The position numbers and the translations under genes are program-made. Below are positions 13,623 to 29,092 of a stretch of 64,000 bases of DNA, piece after piece (position 1 is the stretch's first letter; each line of letters starts with the position of its first letter). Under the pieces are notes generated by a model. The model was not told the DNA's origin. It made no database searches and saw nothing but the letters and a program-made list of their open reading frames with translations. This stretch comes from Octopus vulgaris (lineage: Eukaryota): assembly GCA_951406725.2 (NCBI GenBank), contig OX597829.1:18104001-18168000 (forward strand). Reading direction: 5' to 3'.

Positions 13623-13990
13623 AGGCATAAGCGTGGCTGTGTGGTAAGAAGTTTGCTTCCCAACCACACGGTTCCGGGTTCAGTCCCACTGCGTGGCACG
13701 TTGTGTAAGTGTAGACTGACCAAAGCCTTGTGTGTGTGTATATACAAACAAACATACATATCTATATGTGAGTTATCTCTGTGTCTGTGTTTGTCCCACT
13801 GCTACTGCTTGACAACCAGTATCGGCTTGTTTACGTCACCGTAACTTAGCAGTTCGGCAAAAAAGGTTCATAGAATAAGCACCAGGCTTAAAAAAAAATT
13901 ACTAGGGTCAATTCATTCGACTAAAAATTATTTAAGGTTGTGCCCCAGTATGGCCGCAGTCTCACGTCTGTAGTAGAAGATAAAAGAAAA
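13623..13990 (+). mobile_element. SINE family A
   Basis: tRNA-like head GTGGCTGTGTGGTAAG plus conserved body. Confidence 0.8.
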
Positions 13991-14371
13991 CGAAGTCTCT
14001 TTATTGGCTCGTTGACTCTTATGTGGAATATTGTTCTCGCACTGAAGCTGGTGCCATTGCTGCCGTTCTTTCTCCTCTTTGATTGTGGTGAAAAGCAAAT
14101 TCCTTACAATGCTAGTTTTCTTTTGGCAGCAAAACATGTTCCCTTATTCTATAACCGAGACATTGCTCTACTTATTTCCATTGGATAAATATTTCCATGG
14201 TGATTATTTTGGTGACAGTTCTTCTCTTTTATATTTCCACCATCTTAAGGTAACAAATAATATTACTCGTCTTTCGCATCAGTTCTCACCTCTGCATGGT
14301 TTTTGTCCTTTTTCTTGCAACAAGAAGTTCAACTCCAGGACTTTTTCTCTCGAATATTTGTTTGTTAAACG

Positions 14372-14782
14372 GGATCTCTTCGGTTTGAACGGCAGTTTTT
14401 TTCTAGCGGTGTCATATGAAATTGTCACCCATAATAATAACCCTAGTATCGATCTATTGCATTTCAATCTGTTTTAGGGTTAGGGTTAGGGGTGGGGCGA
14501 AGGGTATCTTTTTTTCTTTACAAATGTAAATAAACCCTGTCTCTTTCTTAAACGAGGGACATATTCATACGGCACAATGTTTTTACCTCAATAGACGTCA
14601 GTGATTGGTTGAAATTGCGGGAATTGAAGAAAAAAACAAATATCTTACAAACTATAGAATTTTCTCAATAAAGCCAAGAGAAAAAGATGTTTTATAAACA
14701 CATTCTACCAGTATACGAAGTTTAAAATATTTTAGTTACCTAGAAATTATTTTAAAAACTGCCGTTCAAACCGAAAAGATCC
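14372..14782 (-). mobile_element. Merlin-like MITE, copy 2
   Basis: Same TIRs, opposite orientation; internal (TTAGGG)3; no TSD visible. Confidence 0.85.
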
Positions 14783-15069
14783 AAGTGCCATTATCGGTAG
14801 ACTGTTCTAATATACCGATAACATGTTTCTCTGAATTCTTTAGATATTTTCTTTTTCTATTTGAAAAAGAGAAGTTTTCCCGACGTTCCACCGATTACCT
14901 ACCATTTATTTTATTTTTCAAACGTATATCTTGGAACATTGATTTTGTTTCTCTTTTTTAAAGATGGGGAGATATGATTCGAGGGACAACCCTACTGTTA
15001 TTTCTAACAAGCTGAGTTACCACGTAGAGGTTCTTCTGTTGGTTCGGCATGAGTACTGAAAATATATTC

Positions 15070-15225
15070 CTATTTCTTTACTACCCACAAGGGGCTAAAC
15101 ACAGAGGGGACAAACAAGGACAGAGAAAGGGATTAAGTCGGTTATATCGACCCCAGTGCGTAACTGGTACTTATTTAATCGACCCCGAAAGGATGAAAAG
15201 CAAAGTCGACCTCGGCGGAATTTGA
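15070..15225 (-). mobile_element. SINE family C, 5'-truncated
   Basis: Matches the 3' half of 44026-44258. Confidence 0.8.
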
Positions 15226-15312
15226 ATGAGTACTGTAAATAGTGTTGTAGATGGTGTTGGTACCGTTCGTAAATAATGGTACCTAAAATCGATAGTTACG
15301 ATAATGGTAGGT

Positions 15313-15685
15313 TACGAGATGATATCTAAAAGTTATCGGGCTAGTTGTGTAGCGCACCAACAGATGGCAGCACACGGTTGCTTGCGCAATGAGAATTAGC
15401 AGTAACCTTCATGAAGAAGTATGCCGAGTAACATTACTGTGTTTACTTCGCAAGTTGTGAAATTCTTTTGTTTTTGTAATCACGTGTATGCTGTACTCAG
15501 TGATTTTTGTCATGGACAGGAAGTTGGAACAAAGAACCAACGTGAAATTTTGCGTTAAACTTGGAAAGACTACTACACAGACATTTAACACGCTTCAGCA
15601 AGCTTACGGCGACGAGGCAATGGGTCGTACGTAATGTTTCGAGTGGCACGGGCGTTTGAAAAGCAGGAGGACGGCCACGGAAGAC
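15313..15685 (+). mobile_element. Mariner 5' fragment (transposase N-terminal HTH, pseudogenised)
   Basis: From ATG 15512: MDRKLEQRTNVKFCVKLGKTTTQTFNTLQQAYGDEAMGRT*CFEWH, a typical mariner N-terminus with an in-frame stop. Confidence 0.8.
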
Positions 15686-16339
15686 GTATTGTTATTTAGT
15701 ACCCGATCTGCTTGGAAGAAATATACCCGTGAAATGAGACATAAAAGCTAACACAACCACGTTTTTCTTTTCTTTTTTACTTGATTTTTTTTTGTTTTTG
15801 AATATATGGAGAACCCTGGGCCAGCTTGTTCTTTTCCAAGACGTTGAGGTGTAATCTGAGAGATTTAGTTGCTGCTTTTAGCAGATCGAGCGACCGCGTG
15901 TATAGCTGTTACCAAGTGGAGTTTCTACAATATGTATATGACAGACAGATGGTGGCTGCATCGGTGCATTGGTGATGGCTACATCGGTGCATTGGTGATG
16001 GCTACACCGGTGCACTTGTGGTGGTGGTGGGGGCGGCGGTGGGGCGGCGGCGGCGGTGGTGGCAGTGTTAGTGTCAATGACTGCGACTTTGACGGCGATG
16101 GGGTTAGTGGCGATGTTGGCTGTGGTGCAGGTGTTAGTAATTTGGAGAAGGGTAGATAGAGTGATGGTGTATGCGGGGGCGGGGTTGAATGTGGTAGTGG
16201 TAGTGTCGGTGGTGGCAGGGATTTTGTGGGTGGTAGCAGGGTGGGGATAGTGAGGTTTGTAGTAGTGGTGGTTTTTGTGGCAAGAAAACGTATATCAAAT
16301 GGAAATCGTGTTAATTCACGCACATACACACAGGCTGTC

Positions 16340-16378
16340 ACATACATACACAAATACATACATACATACATACATACA

Positions 16379-16412
<34 letters not shown>

Positions 16413-16422
16413 CATACATACA

Positions 16423-16456
<34 letters not shown>

Positions 16457-16586
16457 CATACATACATACATACATACATACATACATACATACATACATA
16501 CATACATACACACATACATACATACATACATACATACATACTTACATGCATTCATACATGCATACATACATACATACATACATACA

Positions 16587-16617
<31 letters not shown>

Positions 16618-16719
16618 CATACATACATACATACATACATACATACATACATACATACATACATACATACATACATACATACATACATACATACATACAT
16701 ACATAAATACATACATACA

Positions 16720-16753
<34 letters not shown>

Positions 16754-16793
16754 CATACATACATACATACATACATACATACATACATGCATG

Positions 16794-16825
<32 letters not shown>

Positions 16826-16847
16826 CATACATACATACATACATACA

Positions 16848-16881
<34 letters not shown>

Positions 16882-16970
16882 CATACATACATACATACAT
16901 ACATACATACATACATACATACATACATACATACATACATACATACATACATACATACATACATGCATGC

Positions 16971-17001
<31 letters not shown>

Positions 17002-17343
17002 CATACATACATACATACATACATACATACATACATGCATGCATACATACATACATACATACATGCATGCATACATACATACATACATACATGCATGCAT
17101 ACATACATACATACATACATACATACATACATACATACATGCATGCATACATACATGCATACATACATGCATGCATACATACATACATACATACACACAT
17201 ACATACATACATACATATATACATACATACATACATACATACATACATACATACATACATACATACATACATACATACATACACACATACATACATACAC
17301 ACATACATACATACATACATATATACATACATACATACATACA

Positions 17344-17379
<36 letters not shown>

Positions 17380-17771
17380 CATACATACATACATACATAC
17401 ATACATACATACATACATACATACATACATACACACATACATACATACACACATACATACATACATACATATATACATACATACATACATACATACACAC
17501 ATACATACATACATACATATATACATACATACATACATACATACATACATACATACATACATACAAATATACATACATAGACATACATACTTACATACAT
17601 ACACACATACTTACATACTTACATACATACACACATACATACATACACACATACATACATACATACATTCATACATAGATAGATACATACATGCATACAT
17701 GCATACATACACACATACATACATACACACATACATACATACATACATACATACATACATACATACATACA

Positions 17772-17805
<34 letters not shown>

Positions 17806-18119
17806 CATACACACATACATATATACATACATACATACACACATACATATATACATACATACATACACACATACATACATACATACATACATACATACAT
17901 ACATACATACATACATACATGCATGCATACATACATACATACATACATACATACATACATACATACATACATACATACATACATACATACATACATACAT
18001 ACATACATACATACATACATACATACATACATACATTCATACATACATACATACATACATACATACATACATACATACATACATACATGCATGCATACAT
18101 ACATACATACATACATACA

Positions 18120-18153
<34 letters not shown>

Positions 18154-18331
18154 CATACATACATACATACATACATACATACATACATACATACATACAT
18201 ACACACATACATACATACACACATACATACATACATACATATATACATACATACATACATACATACATACATACATACACACATACATACATACATACAT
18301 ATATACATACATACATACATACATACATACA

Positions 18332-18365
<34 letters not shown>

Positions 18366-18519
18366 CATACATACATACATACATACATACATACATACAT
18401 ACATACATACATACATACATACATACATACATACATACATACATACATACATACATACATACATACATGCATGCATACATACATACATACATACATACAT
18501 ACATACATACATACATACA

Positions 18520-18551
<32 letters not shown>

Positions 18552-18675
18552 CATACATACATACATACATACATACATACATACATACATACATACATAC
18601 ATACACATACATACATACATACACATACATACATACATACATATACATACATACATACATACATACATACATACA

Positions 18676-18709
<34 letters not shown>

Positions 18710-19570
18710 CATACATACATACATACATACATACATACATACATACATACATACATACATACATACACACATACATACATACACACATACATACATACAT
18801 ACATATATACATACATACATACATACATACACACATACATACATACATACATATATACATACATACATACATACATACATACATACATACATGCATGCAT
18901 ACATACATACATACATACATACATACATACATACATACATACATACATACATACATACATACATACATACATACATACATACATACATTCATACATACAT
19001 ACATACATACACACATACATACATACACACATACATACATACATACATGCATACATACATACATACATACATACATACTTATATACATAAATACATATAT
19101 ACATACATACATACATACATATATACATACATACATACATACATACATACATACATACATACATGCATGCATACATACATACATACATACATACATACAT
19201 ACATACATACATGCATGCATACATACATACATACATACATACATACATACATACATACATACATACATACATACATACATACATACATACATACATGCAT
19301 GCATACATACATACATACATACATACATACATGCATACATACATATATACATACATACATACATACATACACACATACATACATACATACACACATACAT
19401 ACATACATACACACATACATACATACATACATTCATACATACATACATACATACATACATACATACATACACACATACATACATACACACATACATACAT
19501 ACATACATGCATACATACATACATACATACATATATACATACATACATACATACATACATACATACATAC
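16340..19570. repeat. (TACA)n microsatellite, ~3.2 kb
   Basis: Continuous ATAC array with TGCA/CACA/TATA variants. Confidence 0.98.
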
Positions 19571-19736
19571 GAGTGTGTGCGAGTATATAAACACACACAT
19601 CATATATTGCAGCGATAGACAAACACGAATAGATACTGTGTGTGTGTGTGTGTATTTGTAAGCGTGCATTATCGCTCATGTATACATACGCGTGTCTACG
19701 TGTGTATATATATATATATATATATATTGTATGTAT

Positions 19737-19889
19737 AGGCGTGTCTGTGAGGTAAGTAGCTTGGTTACGAACCACATGGTTCCGGGTTCAGTCCCACTGC
19801 GTGTCTTCTGCTATAGCATTAGGCCGACCAAAGTCTTGTGAGTGGATTTGGTAGACGGAAATTGAAAGAAGCCCCCGTCTGTGTGTATG

Positions 19890-19945
<56 letters not shown>

Positions 19946-20080
19946 TGTGTGTGTCGTTGTCTACCACTACCATTTGACAACCGGTGTTGGTGTGTTTACG
20001 TCCTTGTAAACTAGCGGTTCGGTAAAAGTCCGATGTAATATGTACCTGGCTTTAAAAAAAATCGCTGGGGGGATTTGTTC
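19737..20080 (+). mobile_element. SINE family A
   Basis: Head and body match the other family A copies. Confidence 0.8.
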
Positions 20081-20384
20081 AAATGTGAAGGCGCATGGCT
20101 TAGTGGTAATTTTTTTTTATAATTTAAGGATGATGTAATTTCACCCAAATTAGGCATATTGAACAAGAAAATTTTATCATGTTTGTTGAATATTTTATAG
20201 TATTTATGGGTGGGAAGTGTTTTTTCCAGTAGTTGAAAGAATAGCGAAGATATTTTAGTTGAAATATGGCTACTAAATGGAGCGTTATACCATATAAATT
20301 TCTGTTAAGAGATTTATTGCATCTGATATTTATTTTCATTAACAATATACTTAGTATGGGTTTATTAGAATAACTGGCATTGGT

Positions 20385-20712
20385 ATTACTCTTTACTCTC
20401 TTTTACTTGTTTCAGTCATTTGAATGTGGCCATGCTGGAGCACCACCTTTAATCGAGCAAATCGACCCCAGGACTTATTCTTTGTAAGCTTAGTACGTAT
20501 TCTATCGGTCTCTTTTGCCGAACCGCTAAGTTACGGGGACGTAAAAACACCAGCATCGATTGTCATGCGATGTTGGGAGGACAAACACAGACACACAAAC
20601 ACATACACACATACATACATATATACGACGGGCTTCTTTCCGTTTCCTTCTACCAAATCCACTCACAAGATTTGGTCGGCCCAAGCTACTTACCAAACAG
20701 CCACTCCCACGC
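20385..20712 (-). mobile_element. SINE family A with internal deletion
   Basis: Reverse complement of family A. Confidence 0.8.
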
Positions 20713-20949
20713 CACTCCTACGCCGATTATTAAAATTATATTTATTAATATTAAGTTTATTATTGTGGTTTATGTTTGCGGTTATTTTTAGCTTTATCAT
20801 TTTTACGAGCTTCTATCATAATGGAGTTTAATTTATTAATTTTTTTTCTGTAGCGCGTAATTTATATTAGATATTTATGTTGTTAATATCATTCATATAA
20901 TCCTTATATCCATCTCTATAAAGAGCTGAATAATAGTAATTGCTATGAG

Positions 20950-21530
20950 CAATATTTTTGTGAGCTGAAATTTTTGAGATGGGATGGGAAATTTCATTTA
21001 TAATTAAATTCATGATTGCACGAAGACGATTAGATTTTTAATGCACATACTGAAGGTTTTTATTAATCTTATAATATGGCTTATATAAACTTAAATCTGA
21101 GTTAAAAGAGGCATTTAAGAAACCAGCTGCTGTTCTGTTTGAGTCCACTGTGGCTGAAGTACCGAAATTTTTAAATAGTTTAATAATTCTCTTCTTTTGA
21201 CGTTCTATTTCTATATTGCTATACTTATAAAAAGAAAAAAGTGTCATCCCTGGATACACCGCCTTGAATGTGTGGAAATTGTATTTTCATATTGTGAAGT
21301 AAGTAAAACCCTACGAGATCTTTGACTTCTGCAGAATCACTAGATCCCATAGTGATATCAAAATTTCCGAGTACATTTTCCCGAGTTTATACTTCATTAT
21401 TAAATTTAATATTTGTTTTTCTTGCATGTAAAATTATATCAATTTCTTTTTCGTTAAGATCAGAATTTTTCATAGCAAACATGGGAGCTTTTTCATAGCA
21501 AAGATGAGGGCTTTGTTAAAGAAAATAAGG
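20950..21530 (-). pseudogene. Degenerate PLE reverse transcriptase fragment, second PLE lineage
   Basis: Minus strand encodes FDITMGSSDSAEVKDLVG, a disrupted YRDD-like site and IERQKKRIIKLFK...FLNASFN...YKPYYK. Confidence 0.65.
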
Positions 21531-22256
21531 TTAATGGAAGAATAATAATTATTAATAATGATAGTTGTTAAGAATAACAGTCATTAATATCAATTAGTTA
21601 TTAATATCAATTTGTAAAGATTTCACATTCCTTTTGCCTTTTAGGTTTATAAACTTACACACACACACACCCATACACACGGATACACACGGATAATATA
21701 TGTGCGAGTGTGTGTGTATACATGTCTGTATATATATACGCGCGCCTCTTTGTGCGTGTGAATACGTGCTTGCGTGAGCTTGTATGCGCGTGCGAGTGTG
21801 TACTTGTGAGTACATGTGAATGTGCGCGTGTGTGTGCGTTTGAGTTTGTACGTCTAAGTATATGCGTCTGAGTGTGTGTGCATAGTGCAAGGTAATTTCA
21901 GTACTGTTTATCATGACCTTTGTACTTGTATGACCTCTGACCGCCTTTTGCCAGATAACTTGAACCAGATTGTTCGGCAAACAGAGAAGCTGGATGAGTG
22001 ATTAAACATGAGACGATAGGTTGGGAGAGCGAGATAAGCGAGAAACAGTGACGAGAAAGTAACGAAGAGGGAGAGAGAGTTAGAAATAAATATGCAGATA
22101 TATATATACATATATATATAAAGTTAAGCAAATAGAGGGAGTCCAGTGCTTCGAACATTGAGTCAGAGAGATAAACAGTGACACAGAGAAAGAGAGAGAG
22201 AGAGGGGGACACTAGCTGGCTGGCTAGTTTGAGATAAAAGACAGACAGACAAACAT

Positions 22257-22353
<97 letters not shown>

Positions 22354-22399
22354 AAGAAAGAAACTAAGCTGTCGTTGATAGTAACTGGCTTAAATATTA

Positions 22400-22715
22400 C
22401 TTTATCTTTTACTTGTTTCAGTCATTAGACTGCGGCCATGCTGGGGCACTGCTTTGAAGGGTTTTGGTCGAATAAATCGATCCCAGGAATTAATTTTTTT
22501 CTGCTCAACCTGCTCTATCAGAATCTTTTTCCCGAATCCCTAAGTTACGGGACGTAAACAAAGCAACACCGGTTTATAGCGGTGCTTGAGGGCAGACGCA
22601 AATACATACACCAACACTCACATGCAATGGGCTTCCATATAGTTTTCTCTACATATCCGTCTGCCAAATCCACTGGCATAGTATTTGTTAGTCTGCAGCT
22701 GTAGTAGAAGAGACT
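22400..22715 (-). mobile_element. SINE family A, old copy
   Basis: Diverged reverse-complement match. Confidence 0.7.
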
Positions 22716-22916
22716 ACTTCTTAATCAGAAGAGAAAGGTGACAGTCACGATAACTGACTTGTAAGAGTACAGTGTCTTCTGGTGGGATCTGTGAAGGAGA
22801 TATTTCTGCGAGGTCAAGAGTTTCTGTATTATGGATGAACACATCAGAATACTGAATAGCCTATATTATCACCGGAGATGTGTATATGTAGAACACATCT
22901 ATATACAAAACAAAGG

Positions 22917-23075
22917 TAGGAGTGGCTGTGTGGTAAGTAGCTTGCTTACCAACCACATGGTTCCGAGTTCAGTCCCACTGCATGGCAACTTGGGCAAGTA
23001 TCTTCTACTATAGCCTCGGGCCGATCAAAGCCTTGTGAGTGGATTTGGTAGACGGAAACTGAAAGAAGCCCGTCG

Positions 23076-23118
<43 letters not shown>

Positions 23119-23295
23119 CTGACAACCGATGCTGGTGTGTTTACGTCCCCGTAACTTAGCGGTTCGGCAAAAGAGACCGATAGAATAAGTACTAGGCTTC
23201 CAAAGAATAAGTCCTGGGGTCGATTTGCTCGACCAAAGGCGGTGCTCCAGCATGGCCACAGTCAAATGACTGAAACAAATAAAAGAGTAAAAGAG
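22917..23295 (+). mobile_element. SINE family A, full length
   Basis: Head, internal microsatellite and tail are all present. Confidence 0.9.
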
Positions 23296-23485
23296 TTATT
23301 GAAAAGTTTACTTTGCAAACATATATGAGGATTCGATATTTCGTCAATACGATCAGTGGATAATGTGCTGTACGATGATCCACAGATTGATCCAAAAGTT
23401 TGAGAATGGATTTGAATAGGTTCAAACTGTATAGAAACGAAGGGAAAGAAATTTTGTTTTTGAATAGACAATTACAGAAGGAACG

Positions 23486-23829
23486 AAGAAGAAGAAGAAG
23501 AAGAAGAAGAAGAAGAAGAAGAAGAAGAAGAAGAAGAAGAAGAAGAAGAAGAAGAAGAAGAAGGAGGAGGAGGAGGAGGAGGAGGAGGAGGGGGAGGGGG
23601 AGGAGGAGGAGAACAAGAAAAAGAAGAAGAAGAAGAAGAAGAAGAAGAAGAAGAAGAAGAAGAAGAAGAAGAAGAAGAAGAAGAAGAAGAAGAAGAAGGA
23701 GGAGGAGGAGGGGGAGGAGAAAAAGAAAAAGAAGAAGGAGAGGAAGAAGAAGAAGAAGAAGAAGAAAAAAAAGAAGAAGAAGAAGAAGAAGAAGAAGAAG
23801 AAGAAGAAGAAGAAGAAGAAGAAGAAGAA
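23486..23829. repeat. (GAA)n/(GGA)n polypurine tract
   Basis: Direct reading. Confidence 0.97.
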
Positions 23830-24102
23830 TTTTTTTTTAATTATTGACAAACAAAAGTATAAAACATTAATATTAAATATAAATTATAAATAAAAATACA
23901 TTTAAAAAAAAAGGTAAGTAGATGAATAGATAAATAAATTATTCAATAGTGGTTGGGTCGTCTGGTTTTACTGAAATAACATGCAATGTCCGACAATAAC
24001 AACAAACATTCCAGACATTATCTCACTCACGAACATTGAACACTGGCCTAAAGTATGTTGGCGCCATTTAAACGTTCTGCTATTCATACAAACATACATA
24101 AT

Positions 24103-24139
<37 letters not shown>

Positions 24140-24340
24140 ATATATATATAAGCATACGTGCATACATACGTATGTATATGTTTGCAAATATATGTAAGCA
24201 AAGCAAATGTACTATGCATGTATTTGTGTGTTTATATGTGTATATATATATATATACTTATTTGTGTGTGTGTGTGTGTGTGTGTGCATGTGTGTATAAA
24301 TACATACATACAAGATGAAACTGCTTGGGTTTGGTAAGCA

Positions 24341-24413
<73 letters not shown>

Positions 24414-24446
24414 GTATGTATATATATATTTATATATATATATATG

Positions 24447-24485
<39 letters not shown>

Positions 24486-24527
24486 ATATATATTATATGT
24501 ATTTATATATATATATATATATATATA

Positions 24528-24753
24528 ATTTCTTTACTACCCACAAGGGGCTAGACACAGAGGGACAAACGAGAACACACAAACGGATTAAGTCGATTAC
24601 ATCGACCCCAGTGTGTAACTGGTACTTAATTTATCGACCCCGAAAGGATGAAAGGCAAAGTCGACCTCGGCGGAATTTGAACTCAGAACGCAGCGGCGGA
24701 CGAAATACCACAAAGCATTTCGCCCGGCGTGCTAACGTTCCTGCCAGCTTGCC
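24528..24753 (-). mobile_element. SINE family C, near full length
   Basis: Matches 44026-44258; embedded in TA-rich microsatellite. Confidence 0.85.
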
Positions 24754-24808
24754 TATATATATATATATCCCCTATGTGGTTAGCCATATTAAGATGGCTT
24801 CTATACTA

Positions 24809-24872
<64 letters not shown>

Positions 24873-25049
24873 TCACATATACACACATATATACATGTAA
24901 ATAGACAGAAAGTAAAGATTGAAAATTCTCAGATGATGAATATTCAAGTATAAATATATAGATATTTATATATTAACAAGACCAAACTTATAGAGTACAA
25001 AGTCATAGAAAGTTAAAGGTGTGGAGTCTCAGAGTTACTTCGTAATGGT

Positions 25050-25260
25050 GGCAGATGTAGTTCACCAGAATATGCAATCAGTAATGGAAGCAAATAAACA
25101 TTGGAGAGACCCGGCCTCCATCTTCAGGGTGGAGAGATAAAAATCTGGCATTTCAGATCATGATGCAGGGAAATTTAAAAGTCTAATGGGTGAAGTGAAA
25201 GGCAAACATGGGTAGGTCAGGTCCATGTGGTCCGTTACCACTTAGAAGAACGTGAGGTTT
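25050..25260 (+). pseudogene. Possible GIY-YIG endonuclease remnant of a PLE
   Basis: Frameshifted reading DVVHQ..CNQ*WKQINIGETGLHLQ resembles VVY-C-x2-C-YIGETG. Confidence 0.35.
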
Positions 25261-25534
25261 TATCAGTGTTAATATTAGATTGGGAGGAAGTAACACCGCT
25301 GGTATACGTGGTCATATATATTTTGTATATCAAACCAAAGCGGTTTTTATTCGTCTATTTGCATAATTATCTCCATGTCTGCCCACCTAGATTTCCTTAT
25401 AGCCACTTTTTACTCTCACGGACTTGGTCGTCGGTGAAGGTTTTTCGGAGTGTAAGTTCAAATCAGTTCAGTGATACTGTTTTCAATACTGAGAATTCCT
25501 GGATCTCATCTGTTGACTCTATACAAACACACAT

Positions 25535-26300
<766 letters not shown>

Positions 26301-26877
26301 TTCTTGAGAAACAAAGAGAATGAGAGAATCAAGTATCTATATAGATTAAATTTTATTCATAAATCAGAAAATTACATGACATTTTGAACAATCTTAGTTT
26401 GTAAATGCAAATAACTCAGACGCTTGTGATATCAGTGTACGGCCTTCTTTACGATATGGGATTGTGTAGGGGCGCATGTGCTCGTGCATCTGTGTGTGTG
26501 CGTGCGTGCGACCGTGCATGTGAGTGCGTTTGCGTGACTGTGTATGTGTGCGACCGTGTGTGTATGTGCGCGAATGTGCGTGTGCGCACGACTGTGTGTG
26601 TGTGTGTGTGTGTGTCTGCATATGTATGACTGTGTGTGTGTATTTGTGTGTGTATGTTTGTGTGTGTGTGTGTGTGAAGGAGTGCGTGTGAGCAACTGCG
26701 TAGGTGCGTGCATTTGTGTGTGCATCTGTGCGTTTGCGCGCACATGTGTGCGTCTGTGTGTCACTCTAAGTCTTTTAATGCTTATATGCGTGTATTTTTA
26801 TGTATACATGCGTGCCTGACTGCTTACGCTTTCATGCACATGCGCGTGACTTGTTACAAATGTTTGATAGCATTTCT

Positions 26878-27155
26878 CCAAGGCGCGTGGCTTAGTAGTT
26901 AGAGTATTCGACTCCTGGCATCGCGTTAAGTCCTATAGCAAGAACATTTTATTTTACGGTGCTCCACGAGAACTACCTGTATTTCAAAGGGCCAGGCTTG
27001 TCACACCCTGTGTCCCGCTGAGTCTCCCTGAGAACTATGTTAAGGGCACACATCTCTGTGGAGTGCTCAACTACTTGCGCGTTATTTTCACAAACATGCT
27101 GTTCCGTTGATCCGATCAACTGGAGCGCTCATCGTCGTAACCGACGAAGTGCCAG
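26878..27155 (+). mobile_element. tRNA-derived SINE, family B-like head with a different body
   Basis: Head AAGGCGCGTGGCTTAGTAGTTAGAGTATTCGACTC. Confidence 0.6.
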
Positions 27156-27249
27156 TTTGTATTTGTCCGTGCTGTTGACATACATACTACTGGCTACTCT
27201 GAGTTGTTTCTTTTAGCTCATTTGAGTGTGCGTGTGTATACAATACATT

Positions 27250-27788
27250 ACATGCATACATACATACATACATACATACATACATACATACATACATACA
27301 TACATACATACATACATTCATACATATATACATACACACATACATACATACATACATACATTCATACATTCATACATTCATACATTCATACACACATACA
27401 TACATACATACATACATACATTCATACATATACATACATACATACATACATACATACATACATTCATACATTCATACATACATACATTCACACATACATA
27501 CATACATTCATACATACATACATACATTCATACATTCATACATTCATACATACATACATACATACATACATACAAACGTACATACATACATACATACATT
27601 CATACATATATACATACATACATTCATACATACATACATACATACATTCATACATACATACATACATACATACATTCATACATTCATACATTCATACATA
27701 CATACATACATACATACATACATACATACATTCATACATTCATACATACATACATTCATACATACATTCATACATACATACATACATT

Positions 27789-27820
<32 letters not shown>

Positions 27821-27833
27821 CATACATACATAC
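27250..27833. repeat. (TACA/TTCA)n microsatellite
   Basis: Direct reading. Confidence 0.95.
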
Positions 27834-27959
27834 AGTAATCCTTCGCCATATCGCGTTCACCTATCGCGTTTTATTATTTAAGCTTATGTCGATTCCTCTG
27901 TAGTGGTGTTTTGCATTTATAATATAATAAATATATACAAATAATTTTAAAAATATACA

Positions 27960-28116
27960 GGATTAGCTGTGTGGTAAGTTGCTTGCTTACCAACTACGTG
28001 GTTCTAGGTTCAGTCCCACTGCATAGCACCTTGGATAAGTGTCTTCTACTATAACCTTGGGCCGACCAAAGCCTTGTGAGTGGATTTGGTAGACGGAAAC
28101 TGGATAAAGCCCGTCG
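27960..28116 (+). mobile_element. SINE family A 5' half (split by the PLE)
   Basis: Ends at AAGCCCGTCG, just before the position of the internal (TA)n; the 3' half resumes at ~33735. Confidence 0.85.
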
Positions 28117-29054
28117 TCTTCTCTCTTCGCTCTTATACGCCATTTGGTCTCAACTCTCCCCACTCCTCATCTAACCCCCTCTCCCCCTCCTCACATATCC
28201 TTCCCCCGACCCCTACTTCTTCAGTCCTTCATCCTTTCACCCCTACTCCCCTTCCCTTCTTCCCTCTTTCTCCCTCCCTCCTTCCCTCTTCCCCTTCCCT
28301 CTGCTCCCTCACTCCCCTTCTCTCTCCCCCTCTCCCTCTTTCCTCCTTCCTCCTCCCCTCTTCCTCCCCTTCCTCCTCCCCTCCTCTCTCTCCCCCTTTC
28401 TCTCCTCCTCTCCCCCCCTCTCCCCTCCTCCTCCCATCCCCCTCTTCTCCTCTTCCCCCCTCTCCTCCCCCTCTTCTCCTCTCTCCACACTACACCACAC
28501 GACTTTACACATCACATCATATATGATGTGCCATACTAATACATACACCAACTAATACATACTAATACGTACTAATACATACTAATACATACTAATACAT
28601 ACACCAACCCTATACATACACACGTCCAGACCTCTCATACGCACTTATACTCTCTCATACACACACACACACACTTATACATACTAATACGTACTAATAC
28701 ATACTAATACATACTAATACATACACCAACCCTATACATACGCACGTCCAGACCTCTCATACGCACTAATACTCTCTCATACACACACACACACACACAC
28801 ATACACCCTTATACATACTAATACATACTAATACATACACCAACCCTATACATACACACGTCCAGACCTCTCATACGCACTAATAGCTGGTCATTCAACC
28901 CTATTATCAACCCTATTATCTCCCCTTATTTCGCTCTCGCGTCTCATGTTTGATCTTTGACCTCTGGCCGAAATCAGATCGCCATGTTGATTCGTTAGTT
29001 ACTGCACGCATTTTTTTTCTCTCCTTCTTTATGTGTTTTTTTTCTCTCTGTGTA

Positions 29055-29092
29055 TCTTTCTGTTGAAGAGCGTAGGCTCGAAACGTTAAAGA
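29055..29092 (+). ncRNA. Minimal type I hammerhead motif, 5' pLTR
   Basis: TCTTT-CTGTTGA-A-GAGC(GTAG)GCTC-GAAA-CG-TT-AAAGA; palindromic AACGTT stem III. Confidence 0.7.

Noticed and set aside
16226-19775. Very long ORFs (up to 954 aa; HTYI/MYVC repeats)
   Set aside because: Translations of (TACA)n, open in many frames; not genes.
23400-23850. Poly-Arg/poly-Phe ORFs (also 62332-62675)
   Set aside because: (GAA)n microsatellite.
28533-28885. CRISPR-like repeat array
   Set aside because: Tandem repeats in the PLE 3' UTR with no unique spacers; eukaryotic context.
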